Positions 1 through 11,413 of a stretch of 64,000 bases of DNA are shown in pieces. The stretch comes from Octopus vulgaris. Taxonomy: Eukaryota. The stretch lies in NCBI GenBank assembly GCA_951406725.2, contig OX597816.1:23374001-23438000 (forward strand), in the 5' to 3' direction. Below the pieces are notes generated by a model. That model saw only the letters and a list, made by a program, of their open reading frames with translations. It did not search any database and had not been told where the DNA came from. Within the stretch, counting starts at the first letter, position 1. Every line of letters begins with the position of its first letter. A program made the position numbers and the translations under genes.

Positions 1-58
1 CACTATCCTTGTTCCAGGTCCTAGCTTTGTTGTATTTTCTCTTCGTTCATGTTTGGAG

Positions 59-91
<33 letters not shown>

Positions 92-93
<2 letters not shown>

Positions 94-248
94 GACGGGC
101 TTCTTTCAGTTCCCGTCTACCAAATCCACTCACAAGGCTTTATTCGGCCCGAGGCTATAGCAGAAGACAGTTGCCCAAGGTGACACGCAGTGAGACTGAA
201 TACGTGGTTGGTAAGCAAGCTATTTACCACATAGCCACTCCTACGCCT
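92..248 (-). mobile_element. tRNA-derived SINE family A, 5' half
   Basis: Reverse complement begins GGCGTAGGAGTGGCTATGTGGTAA and matches the fuller copies at 20849, 40184 and 48591; ends at the family's internal (TA)n. Confidence 0.85.
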
Positions 249-837
249 AGAACGTTTTTTTCTTTTAAATAGCCATAAATGTATAAACATTGCAATTTGT
301 CTCACCATTTCACTTCTCACAGTCAATCCACCAATATGGCATGGTATCCTCTATGAAAAACATAAGCGCTGGTTGCAACCGTCCCACGATTTTACAAAAG
401 GAAAAAAATCTTCAGAAAATATAGTCCTTAAATGAGTTACGCAGAAAATGTATGTATGTTTCTTGGCTGTGTCTCTTTACGCACGTTCGTCTTTCTGAAT
501 GTATACACTCCTAATTCTGGTAATAGAAGCTTCAAAGCAATTCAATTACATTTATACAGATCAATTTTGCTGTCCACTTCACAGATGTAAACCTTTAATT
601 AATTTAAAGGAAACATAGCTAAAGAGATAATGGAAGAAGTTGCAAAGTATAACTGATTTATAGACAGACAGCAACAGCGGTTTACTTTTCTCTTTTCTTG
701 GCGTGCTGATTCATCGAAGTATGTTAATATAATCTAGTCGATACAAATATTATGATCTTTTGATAATCAATGCAGTAGTATACTATCGATGAAGAGAACA
801 ACACTTCATATACATATACGTATATATATATATTGAT

Positions 838-1153
838 AGAAATGGTAAAACAACAAAAGAATGAAAGAGACCTCGATATTATGTAAACAGAGGAATTTAT
901 CTGTAAAATTAATATGTGACAATTATTCGGTAGCCATGATAAAACTCCGAGTTTCGGATGTCGGGGTAGAAACCCACGCCACCATCTGTTCATTCTTTTT
1001 TCGATGGCCGGATAACTGAAGAGATGGAGGCGTGGGTTTCCGCCTCGACATCCGAAGCTAGGAGTTTTATCATGGCTACCGAATTATATTTACAGATAAA
1101 TTCCTCTGTTTACATAATATCGAGGGTCTCTTTCATTCTTTTGTTGTCTTACC

Positions 1154-1159
<6 letters not shown>
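838..1159. mobile_element. Fold-back element (inverted arms ~838-992 / ~1017-1159), Penelope-like pseudo-LTR derivative
   Basis: Arms are reverse complements (LQINSSVYIISR appears in ORFs on both strands); flanked by (TA)n and (TC)n/(TA)n; hammerhead motif in arms. Confidence 0.75.
1011..1071 (+). ncRNA. Degenerate type-I hammerhead ribozyme motif
   Basis: GATAA-CTGAAGA-GATG..hairpin..CATC-C-GAAGC-TAGGA-GTT-TTATC; stem I GATAA/TTATC; GAAA mutated to GAAG here but intact (GAAACTCGGAGTT) in the minus arm. Confidence 0.55.
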
Positions 1160-1203
<44 letters not shown>

Positions 1204-1246
1204 ATATATATATATATATATAGATTTATATATATATATACAGATT

Positions 1247-1301
<55 letters not shown>

Positions 1302-1735
1302 AACAAAAGAATTTTCTTTCGTGTCTCGTAAATTCTTTCTGTTATAGGCATAAGACCTAAACATTTAGAAGGACAGGCGATTACATTGACCCCAGTGCTC
1401 CAGTGGAACTTATTTCATCGACTCCTATATAACGAAGGTCAAAGTCCACCTCAGAACAGAATTTGAACTCAGAACATAAAGACGGCATGCTAATGATTTT
1501 ACCCTCTGGCCGACTTAAATCTTAGCGATGTATAACCACGACACCAAAGTGACGTCGCAACATTTGTGCCTTGTAAAAGAATAGGTTATTATGGAAGTTG
1601 TATTATGATAATAACATTGCTGATTTCGTTTTTGTTGAGGTATAATTTTTTTAGTATATTATTCTATTTTGTTTTCTCATAGCAACAATGCCCATTTGGA
1701 ATAAAATATTGAAATTGAGAGGCTGGAAGTAAATA

Positions 1736-2306
1736 TTGGGTTGTCCGGAAAGTTCGTGCCGATTTATAGTAGCTTACATTTCGACTTATTTTAGAACATG
1801 GTTGAGTCCATAAAATAGGATTTGACTACACCTCCATTTAGAGCACAGTTTAAGCTATCTTTTCGTGGAAGAAGGTTTATGTTCCTATAACCTGTGTTAA
1901 TTATGTAACCCTTTAAAATGGAAGATAAGAAAGTTCATTTTCGGAACTTGATGCTTTGGGAACTAGACAAAAATTGCTGCAGCTCGGCTAGAATGTGTTA
2001 CTCCCACCCTCCATATTCACCAGATATTGCTCCTTCGGATTTCCACTTATTCAGGTTTCTGCAGAATAGTCTTAATGGTAAAAATTTCAATTCCTTGGAT
2101 GACGTAAAAAGATACCTTGATGAATTCTTTGCCACGAACCCCCCCCCCCAATTTTGAGAAGGTGTTATTTTCAAGTTAAAGCAGAAATAGAGACGCATTG
2201 TGCAACAAAGTGGTTCATATTTGGTTGTTTAAAAATGTAATGGCCAGTATTTATTGACTTTTTTACTTTCCTTCAAAAATCGGCACGAACTTTCCAGACA
2301 ACCCAA
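1736..2306 (+). mobile_element. Internally deleted mariner element
   Basis: TIRs TTGGGTTGTCCGGAAAGTTCGTGCCGATTT / AAATCGGCACGAACTTTCCAGACAACCCAA with TA flanks; ORF 1918-2157 fuses a transposase N-terminus to HPPYSPDIAPSDFHLF. Confidence 0.92.
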
Positions 2307-2986
2307 TACAAAAAGGCGAAGCAAGAAAGAGTCTTATTCCTGTTTCTACATGACAATTAAGAAGAAATTACAAGAAATGGAAATAAAATTTCAATGGAGC
2401 ATCTAGACAGCAGCAAGCGGTTGGGGTTGATTGCTTAGAATATTCATTGTAATAGCGATGGTGAAGAGGTTAACATGGCTGCTATATATCAAGATCTTAT
2501 AGCTGCTAACACTCATTTTGAATAAGGTTCATCTGTAGGAAAATATAATGAATCAGATGAAACTGATTTGACAGTACTACAACAAAATGAAGACATCATT
2601 TATATTGATCATGCCACGTAGCCAAGGAGGGTTATAAATGATTCAGCAGTTTTATAATCAATCATAAGCCAGGGAGTGTAAGGAATTTTGATTTTCCAAA
2701 GAATAAAATGATGTTTCACTTTAACACCTATTCAAGACAGATTGTTATATAACACGAAAGCTAAATAGTTTCTCCACTGCGAGAGATAGATCATATAAAA
2801 TAGGAACAGCTAATCTTCGTATTAAAATGGTTAACAGCCATAATGCTCTGTAGCATTGTATTTACACACTTAAGCCACAAAAGACAGGTGAGATTATCGA
2901 AAATATTAAGAGAGATTTATAGTACGCTGTAGATAAGACACAAAATGAGGTACAGGTGGTGTTTATTTTATATATAATTGCTAACA

Positions 2987-3293
2987 GTGAAGGCGCGTGG
3001 CTTAGTGGTTAGGGTATTCGGCTGACGATCGTAAAGGTCGCGAGTTCAATTTCCGGCGACGCGTTGTGTCTTTGAGCAAAACAATTTATTTCACGTTGCT
3101 CCAGTTCACTCAGCTGGCAAAAATGAGTAGTACCTGTATTTCAAAGGGCCGGCCTTGTCACACTCTGTTTCACGCTGAATCTCCCGCGAGAACTGTCTGT
3201 GGAGTGCTCAGCCACCTGCACGTTAATTTCACAACCAAACTGCTCCGTTGGTCGTGTCAACTGGGACTCTCGTCGTCGTAACCGACGGAGTGC
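2987..3293 (+). mobile_element. tRNA-derived SINE family C (CORE-like central domain)
   Basis: A box TGGCTTAGTGG, B box GAGTTCAATTTC, then GTGTCTTTGAGCAAAACAATTTATTTCACGTTGCTCCAGTTCACTCAGCTG, which resembles the CORE domain; head shared with 25373 and 29100. Confidence 0.8.
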
Positions 3294-3914
3294 TGCTTCT
3301 TCATACATATATATGCGTGTGTCTGTGTGTGTGTGTGTGTGTATGTGTGTGTGTATGTGTGTGCGTGTGTGTGTGTGTGTACATACACAAATATAATATA
3401 TGTTTCAGTCATTTAACTGCGTCCTTCATTTTGGGACACCGTCTCGAAAGGTTTTTTGCCGAACAAATGAACCCCACAACTAATGATATCTTAAATTTTA
3501 ATATTTATTCTATCGTCACATTTGGCAACACGCTAAGCTACGGTAGCACAAGCAAACCAAGACCGGTAATGAAGCATTCATCGTGGGTGGGTAGACATAA
3601 TAGCTATACGTGGGTAGACAACATTGCCCATACGTGAGAAAGCGTCTAACTTTTCATACACGAATAATAGAGTTACAGGGAAGGAAATATAAAATATTTC
3701 AAAATAAATTCATAAATATAAATGGGAATCAACGAATAATTCTAATAAACAACGTGACCAGCTTTTCTGTCGATTTTTGGGCTTGTGTCTATTATACCTA
3801 TTATTCAATTTTACAGGTTACTGAGTTTCGCAGAGAAGTTAATTTCACAATTTCCTTTTCTTTTGAAATACAAATATATATTTACATATATATATATATG
3901 TATATATAAACATG

Positions 3915-3958
<44 letters not shown>

Positions 3959-3999
3959 CATATTTGTATATATACATATATATATATATATATGCATCC

Positions 4000-4034
<35 letters not shown>

Positions 4035-4295
4035 AGTGTGTAGGCGTAGGAGTGGCTGTGTGGTAAGTATGAAATGACTGAAACAAGTATAAGAATAAAA
4101 GAAAAAATTATATATACACACACTCACACACATATTTATATCTATATAATTAAATGGAGCCGCTTGAACCGGTCGTATTGCATCACTTTTTGATATCCTG
4201 TTGCTTATTTATAAATGTATGTATATATATATACATGTATGTATGTATGTATATATATATTAAAATTATAAATTAGGGTATCTAAGAAATTCCTT

Positions 4296-4605
4296 TATAA
4301 GCCTAATACTTATTCTATCGGACTCTTTTGCCGAACTGCTAAGTTACGGGGACGTAAACACACCAGCATCGGTTGTCAAGCGATGTTGGGGGGAACAAAC
4401 ACAGACACATACATATATACGCACATACATATACATATATACACCGGACTTCTTTCAGTTTCCGTCTACCACATCCACTCACAAGGCCTTGGTCGGCCCG
4501 AGGCTATAGTAGAAGGCACTTGCTCAAGGTGCCACGTAGTGGGACTGAACCCGGAACCATGTGGTTGGTAAGCAAGCTACTTACCACGCGGCCACTCCTA
4601 CGCTT
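4296..4605 (-). mobile_element. SINE family A
   Basis: Collinear with other family A copies, including the internal microsatellite. Confidence 0.85.
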
Positions 4606-4609
4606 ACAA

Positions 4610-5097
4610 TTTTAGCCAACCTTACCGTCAATTTTAACCAACTTTCAGACATTTACTGCTAATCTTCACTGTTTTCGTCGTGCAACGTGGGTCGTTTTGC
4701 TTTCCTGGAGGTCTTCTGACATATTCTCGATTATTGGTGAACTTCGTTTAGCTAAGGGATGCCACACAAAACATAAAGTGTTCAGTAACTTCTTGAAATG
4801 GACATGATCTAATACATTTTCATTACGGACATTTTTCGGTTTTGGAACTTAGTATCTTAATTGGTTTATGTGAGGGGGCCGAAAACTTATGCACGGCCGT
4901 TTTTGGTGGTCGTCTTGCATCTTCCCTTCTCATTCAGAACCCCTACTACAAAATATAACGATTAGGTATGGAAATTACTCCAAAAGAGCCAACGTTTCAT
5001 CTGTAAAAAACGCAATGCGAAACATCCACTTATAGGGTTAGCAATTAGTAGAAACTTACAATAGTTTAACGTTGCCGGAGACTTTTGCACGGTATTT
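4610..5097 (-). mobile_element. Possible 5' remnant of a Tc1-like transposon
   Basis: TIR-like ACCGTGCAAAAGTCTCCGGCA near 5070-5092 on minus; decayed GRPR-like linker (RRPPG..PRCTT) on minus. Confidence 0.35.
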
Positions 5098-5269
5098 TGT
5101 GTGTGTGTGTATGTGTGTGTATGTGCGTGTGTGTGTGTGTGTGTGTGTTTGCGTGATTGTGTTTATATATATATATATGTGTGTGTATATATATATATAT
5201 ATATATAAAGATAAATCATTATTATTATTAATACTACTAATAATAAAAAAAAAAAAATAATAATAATAA

Positions 5270-5323
<54 letters not shown>

Positions 5324-5499
5324 CTAATCAAAGTGTGAACCGTATAGGCAAGTGTAAAGATTATGGTACTGGAAGAGTACCAGCTTTGCTATAGATAAAG
5401 GTTAAATGACATATATATGTATGTATCTATGTATCTATGTATGTATATATGCAAATATACATATAAACACACACATATATATGCGTGCGTGTGTGTATG

Positions 5500-5549
<50 letters not shown>

Positions 5550-5620
5550 TTTATATATATGTATGCATATAGACACACACCCTCATATATATATATATAT
5601 GCATATATATATATACATAC

Positions 5621-5653
<33 letters not shown>

Positions 5654-5689
5654 GATTGATCAAAATAAAAACATGATGCGAAGGATTCA

Positions 5690-5767
5690 GCGGTACATAT
5701 GTTTCGGGCCTTTATTAGACAGATTTATAACAATGCATAATGTATGTCTGTGGCCTTCTTCAGCCGC
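5690..5767 (-). ncRNA. Type-I hammerhead ribozyme motif (minus copy)
   Basis: Reverse complement of 6007-6084. Confidence 0.72.
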
Positions 5768-6006
5768 GCACAACAGCTTCCACAAGGACATGTGTTACAT
5801 CAAAAATTCTTGGTTGGGGATGCAAATCCTCTCATTCGCGTACGAATGTAGAATGAGGAAATTTCCTCATTCTACATTGAGAGAAGAAAGAGATGGACGC
5901 TTCAATTCTATGCTGCTGCCGCATTATGTCGTACGCGAATGAGAGGATTTGCATCCCCAACCAAGAATTTTTGATGTAACACATGTCCTTGTGGAAGCTG
6001 TTGTGC

Positions 6007-6084
6007 GCGGCTGAAGAAGGCCACAGACATACATTATGCATTGTTATAAATCTGTCTAATAAAGGCCCGAAACATATGTACCGC
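6007..6084 (+). ncRNA. Type-I hammerhead ribozyme motif
   Basis: GCGG-CTGAAGA-AGGCC...GGCCC-GAAAC-ATAT-GTA-CCGC: stem I GCGG/CCGC, palindromic stem III ACATATGT, GUA cleavage triplet; base of stem II is non-canonical. Confidence 0.72.
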
Positions 6085-6186
6085 TGAATCCTTCGCATCA
6101 TGTTTTTATTTTGATCAATTTACTCCACCACCTACACCACCAAACGGTATACACAGGTGCTTATAATTATCAAGTACTCACCCCGA

Positions 6187-6239
<53 letters not shown>

Positions 6240-7036
6240 CACACATACGTATACGTACATGTACGTGAGTATGTGTGTTTGTGTGTATGTGTGTATGTAC
6301 CATATACACACATACAGAGAAGGAAAGAGAGACACAAGTAAAGAAAGAAGTAAATAACTCAGAGATGTCATCTGCATGGAAAAACAACAGTTGGGTTAGT
6401 GCCGACGTACTTAATTTAGTGGGAATAAGAAGAAAACTAACGAGAAATGATTATCCGCTGAAGAAGATTAAAATCACTGATCAATAAACAATATTATTCC
6501 AATCATTTTGATAAGTACGGGAGACATCTCTGAACATGGTTCTGCCTTTCAGACCGCTTCAACGATCACGGACTTCGTTGTAGTTACCGAAATAGTAATG
6601 AGTGAATGCTTAAGCAAATGTGAAAAATTTAAAGAAGGGATTAGAAAAATTACTGTGATATATCATCCGCATAATAAAATGATCGATAGTTACAGAGGGG
6701 TTTATGCTTCGTTGCAGAGATTTAATAAACTGAAGTACGTTTGACGTTGTCTCCGAACAAATAACTATCGCAATAATGTTTGTGACATAATGTTGTGAAT
6801 TGGAATCGTATTAATGAGTCACTATGAGATGATGTCATCATTACATTTTTATGTCAATGACCGTAACACTATCATTGACTGATGCTTCTCCTCCACAATT
6901 GTCTGAAGTTAATGCTCGAGAAAAAAATTATTATTCTCCCATTAAATAGGTCACTAATAGATCGTCTTGCTCGACATAGCAATCAAACAAAAACAGGTCA
7001 AAGTTTTACAATGCTACTGTTGAATGTGTCTATATG

Positions 7037-8240
7037 CGAGGGTCGGCTGAGAAGTTCATAGGCTGACCAAGATGTTCTCATGGTATGTGATGAAATGAGA
7101 TTTATTTTTCAACATAGTCCCCTTTGTGGTCCACACACTTCTTCCATCGGTGTTGCAGGGTTTGGTTCCCATTGGTGAAGAAGCTTTCATTCTGTTGGTC
7201 AAAAAAATAAATCATTAAAAGCGTATATGACGTCATGATCACTGCGATACTGGTTCCAAGTCAAGAGTTTTTTTATGCTGCGGAACATATTATAGCAAGA
7301 AGGATTCAATTCAGGAGAAATGCAAGGATCATCGAGCAGTTCGAAGCCACAATCACGCACCGTGGCCCTTAACGTCACGGGCTTGTGTAGTGGAGCATTG
7401 CTCTGAGAAAACAAACCTCCTCCATCAGTTTCCTGGGTATTTTGGTAATTACCTCGGCGAATTGGCATAATACTCCCCATTGGTGGTGTAGCCCTTTTGA
7501 AGGTAGTCAATAAACACAATACCTTTTGCATCCCAAAAGACTGAGGCCATCACCTTCCCTGCAGATGAAACGACCCTGGCCTTCTTTCGAGCAGGTGAGG
7601 AGGGATGTTCCCACTGCATAAACTGTCGCTTTGTCTCTAGTTCAAAGTGACGAACTCAGCACATATTTTGACTTAGGAAACGTTCAGGGAAACCAGCTGA
7701 ATCTGCTTCAAACAATGTCAGATTTTCCCAAGATGCGATTAGCCGGGCGAACTTTTTCTCATGTATCATAAGACGTGGTACCCACCGAGCAGAAGTCTTC
7801 ATCATGCGAAGTCCATTGTACAAAATATTCTCAACTCTCTCACGAGATATGCTAATAACATTGGCTATTTGATTTTATAGCCAATCGCTTGTCATCCATC
7901 AGCCTGTGATGAACATGATCAATGCATTCCTCAACGGTGGAGGTTTGCACTTTGCAATGTCGAAAAATCTGGATCGTCAGCTTCTAACCTAGCAACCATA
8001 ACAGCTTCAATGTACTTTGTCTGCAGGTACTTGATGACAACACAGTGCCAAATGGTTGTCCATTTTCAAGAGATGTTACTAGTTACCTGTAAAGTTTTCT
8101 TTGAACAGTCAGATGTCAGTTTACCTGGTACAAAACAATGCAGTTATTAATAAGCAAATATGAAATTAATGCAATCAAGATTTCTGTTTTCTAGTATCAC
8201 TCCTTCATAATCAACCTATGAACGTTTCAACTCACCCTAA
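7037..8240 (-). mobile_element. Near full-length decayed mariner element
   Basis: TIR-like CGAGGGTCGGCTGAGAAGTTCATAGGCTGA / TCAACCTATGAACGTTTCAACTCACCCT; minus-strand remnants QSNAPLH (cf. HDNAPAH) and PCISPELNPSCYNMF (cf. PPYSPDLAPSDY). Confidence 0.85.
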
Positions 8241-8943
8241 ATCCGCACACCATAATACAATAAAATAAAGAACAAAATCGTATATTTCATTAGCCGTGGT
8301 ATCTACTTAGTGCTACACGAAACCTATCACCTTGTAGTACCTTCTTATATATATTAATTATATCATCTTGCAGTACCTACTTAAAGTCAGTATGCATTAG
8401 TTATATAGTTCTCGGTTGAGTTTTCCATTCTACTTAATCTACTTTAAATAATAACTCGTACATCAATGTGGCATCTCTGCAATCCTAGATAGATCGTCCC
8501 AGCAATTATAACACACGTTATTCAATGACCTAGCGTAGCAATGTTTCTCAGAGTTTAGGGATGATTACTCCCTCACACTTCTCTTGGTACGCTTTGTTCA
8601 TTATCAGCTTTGAACAGCCATATACGCAATGTTGTATCAACTTAGTTGTTAGTGAACCGTTCAACTATTTAGATTGCGGCAGTGTCAGATGTGTTTAATC
8701 AGAAGATTAACTGCTGTTCGATAAAAGTCAGAAATTTGCAATTCTATTGAATTGCCTAATCCCACAGATGCCGGTTGGAATTTGAAGTGATTTGAATCGG
8801 CAGGTTACAGAAGAGATTTGAAGTGGCAGGTTATAGAATAGAGCGGTTGGATGTTGTTGGGACGGATGCCCACAAATGCGCGACAAAATTGTCAGTCAAC
8901 TCCTCGTTAATTTCCTTTAAATACTCTATACTACACTGTTCAA

Positions 8944-9402
8944 GGATCTTTTCGGTTTGACCGGCAGTTTTTTCTAGCGGTGTCATATGAAACTGTCACC
9001 CATAATTATGACCCTAGTATCGATCTATTGCATTTCAATCTGTTTTAGGGTTAGGGTTAGAGTTAGGGTTAGTTAGGGTTAGGGTTAGGATTAGGATTAG
9101 GGGTGGGGGGAACGGTATCTTTTTTTCTTCAGAAATGTAAATAAACCCAATCTGTTTCTTAAACGAGGGACATATTCATACGGCACAGAATGTTTTCACC
9201 TCAATAGACGTCATTGATTGGTTGAAATTGCAGAAATGAAATTGAAGAAAAGACAACAAATATCTTACAAACTATAGAATTTTCTCAATAAAGCCAAGAG
9301 AAAAAGATGTTTTATAAACACATTCTACCAGTATACGAAGTTTAAAAGTGTTTAGTTACGCGGAAATTATTTTAAAAACTGCCGGTCAAACCGAAAAGAT
9401 CC
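8944..9402. mobile_element. MITE with 28-bp TIRs, 8-bp TSD and internal (TTAGGG)n-like tract
   Basis: TIR GGATCTTTTCGGTTTGACCGGCAGTTTT at both ends; TSD CTGTTCAA/CTATTCAA; second copy at 32487-32919 in opposite orientation. Confidence 0.9.
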
Positions 9403-10506
9403 CTATTCAATGCTAGTAATATATGTAAAGTTTCGGGAGAAGCAGGAAATGCGGCCATGATTTGGAAGGATTACCTCAATCCGTAGTAATATTCTGAACA
9501 AAATAGCACCACCCGACTCAGATCTAGTTCGATGCACCCCATACATTTATTCCCTTAATGCATGCACACAAGGCGACACTTCAACACCCTCTCTCACCTC
9601 TTTTCTACCTATAAATTTGCACAATTCCAACCAGCCATCATGTACACTCACACACATATGTCACCATCCCAAAACATTTATTCTTCACTATTATTTACAT
9701 TCAAACACCCAAAACAACGAACAAGTGCTCACACTCCACTCTCTATCCGTCCAACCACTCACATATATACATAAATACATAAATATTTTTCACACGTAAT
9801 TCGCAACATTCTTTCGCACCTGTGTCACGCCTATTTCCCTCTTTGATGCTAAAATAAAACCTCCTTCATGACACTCACTTCCTGTCTGCTCATGTAACAC
9901 GTTTTATCACAGACCCAACAAGTATTTTAAGTTCCCGTTGCATCCTTCTTTTCTTCTTTCTCGCATACAAATGAACAACTGTTTCAACTACCATTTCTCT
10001 TTCCGTTCATTTACATTGACTTTGTATTCTTGTTAGCTGTGTATTTTATATTTATCCCCTTTTTTCTTCGCTTGTATTTTCCTAAGATATTTTCTTAATA
10101 ACGCCAAGATTATTCGAATTTCCTCTGAACATATTGTCTCATAATTTCCTTGCATACATTGTTTTATTTAATCAGTGAAATTCTGTGTCGACTATTCGGG
10201 TAAAGAATCGATCAGAGCACATATTTGAACATCCATTTCATCAGTGTTGTGTCCCAGTGTTAGAAATCTATATTTATCCTTTTGTTTCAAGGTTCGTGGA
10301 ACCAAAAAGAAAATATTCTCTGCGACGTCTTGAATGTCAATTTAATTTAACTTAGATGCAATTTCATCAAACATTTTACTGTCGATTCCAGAGGATGGTC
10401 AATGTCTTCTAAATGGTATTTGGAAGATACACGTATATCCATTATAAACAATTTAGGTAGAATTTAATTAAAATAGCCTTCTATATATCATGCTTAATGT
10501 ATACAT

Positions 10507-10811
10507 GTGGAGGCACATGGCCTAGTGGTTAGAGCAGCGGACTCGCGGTTGAGGGATCGCGGGTTCGAATCTCAGACCGGGTGATGTGAGTGTGTATGAG
10601 TGAAACACCTTAGCTCCACGCGACTCCAGCAGAAGGTAATGGCGAACTTCTGCTGTCTCTTTCGCCACAACTTTCTCTCACTCTTTCCTCATGCATCTTG
10701 TAGCTCACCTGCGATGCACCGGCGTCCCATCCAGGTTGGGAACCTATATGCCAAGGAAACCGGGAAACCGGCCCTTATTAGCCAGGCGTGGCTCGAGAAG
10801 GAACAAACAAC
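10507..10811 (+). mobile_element. tRNA-derived SINE family D
   Basis: A box TGGCCTAGTGG, B box GGTTCGAATC; TSD AATGTATACAT; closely similar copy at 63541. Confidence 0.9.
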
Positions 10812-11342
10812 AATGTATACATACTGTTGAAAGGCCAGTTACTGAAGTAGTTGTCCTGAGATAACATTTCTTATGGACGTGTTGTGTTATAAAGACAACA
10901 AATAACAGAGAGATAGAGAGAAGGAACGAGAGAGAGAGAAAGAGCAAAATTCACAAATCACTTCAGCGGTGTCTCATATTCGACGGAAATACAGTGAAAG
11001 CGCCTTAGGTGTCTGTGACCAATAACGTTATTCTTTGTAAGTCGCAAGATAAAATGCATAACATATGTGTTTAGCCACTTGAAATATGTTGGAGTATGAT
11101 CTGATATATATATCCACGAACAAAAATAATGGTGGAACATTTATCTTAAAGAAATTTTATATCTTTTGTTTCTAGTAAGTAATATATTTAATGAAAATGT
11201 AAGGAAAATGTATGATATATGGCTTGGTCTTTTGCTTCAAGGCTATGAGTTAAAATGACTTTCTGTTGTTGATTGAAAACAAGGTTAAATATTGTATTCA
11301 ACGAGATTTCGTTTTTTCAGAAATCTGTTGTCTTGTGTGTGT

Positions 11343-11413
<71 letters not shown>

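Larger units (their letters stand above)
5655..6191. mobile_element. Fold-back hammerhead element: 191-bp inverted arms (5655-5845 / 5929-6119) plus ~70-bp tail
   Basis: No arm mismatches found by eye (identical ORF starts on both strands); (TA)n on both sides; hammerhead motif in each arm. Confidence 0.9.

Noticed and set aside
5673-6101. Two 89-aa ORFs with identical N-termini on opposite strands
   Set aside because: A by-product of the perfect inverted repeat; no recognisable protein motif
9043-9110. TTAGGG tract as a telomere or chromosome-fusion scar
   Set aside because: Short, degenerate and internal to a MITE present twice in the window
10507-10580. tRNA-like sequences here and at 2987, 17815, 25373, 63541
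   Set aside because: They continue into SINE bodies (two with clear TSDs) and I could not fold a complete cloverleaf; SINE heads, not tRNA genes
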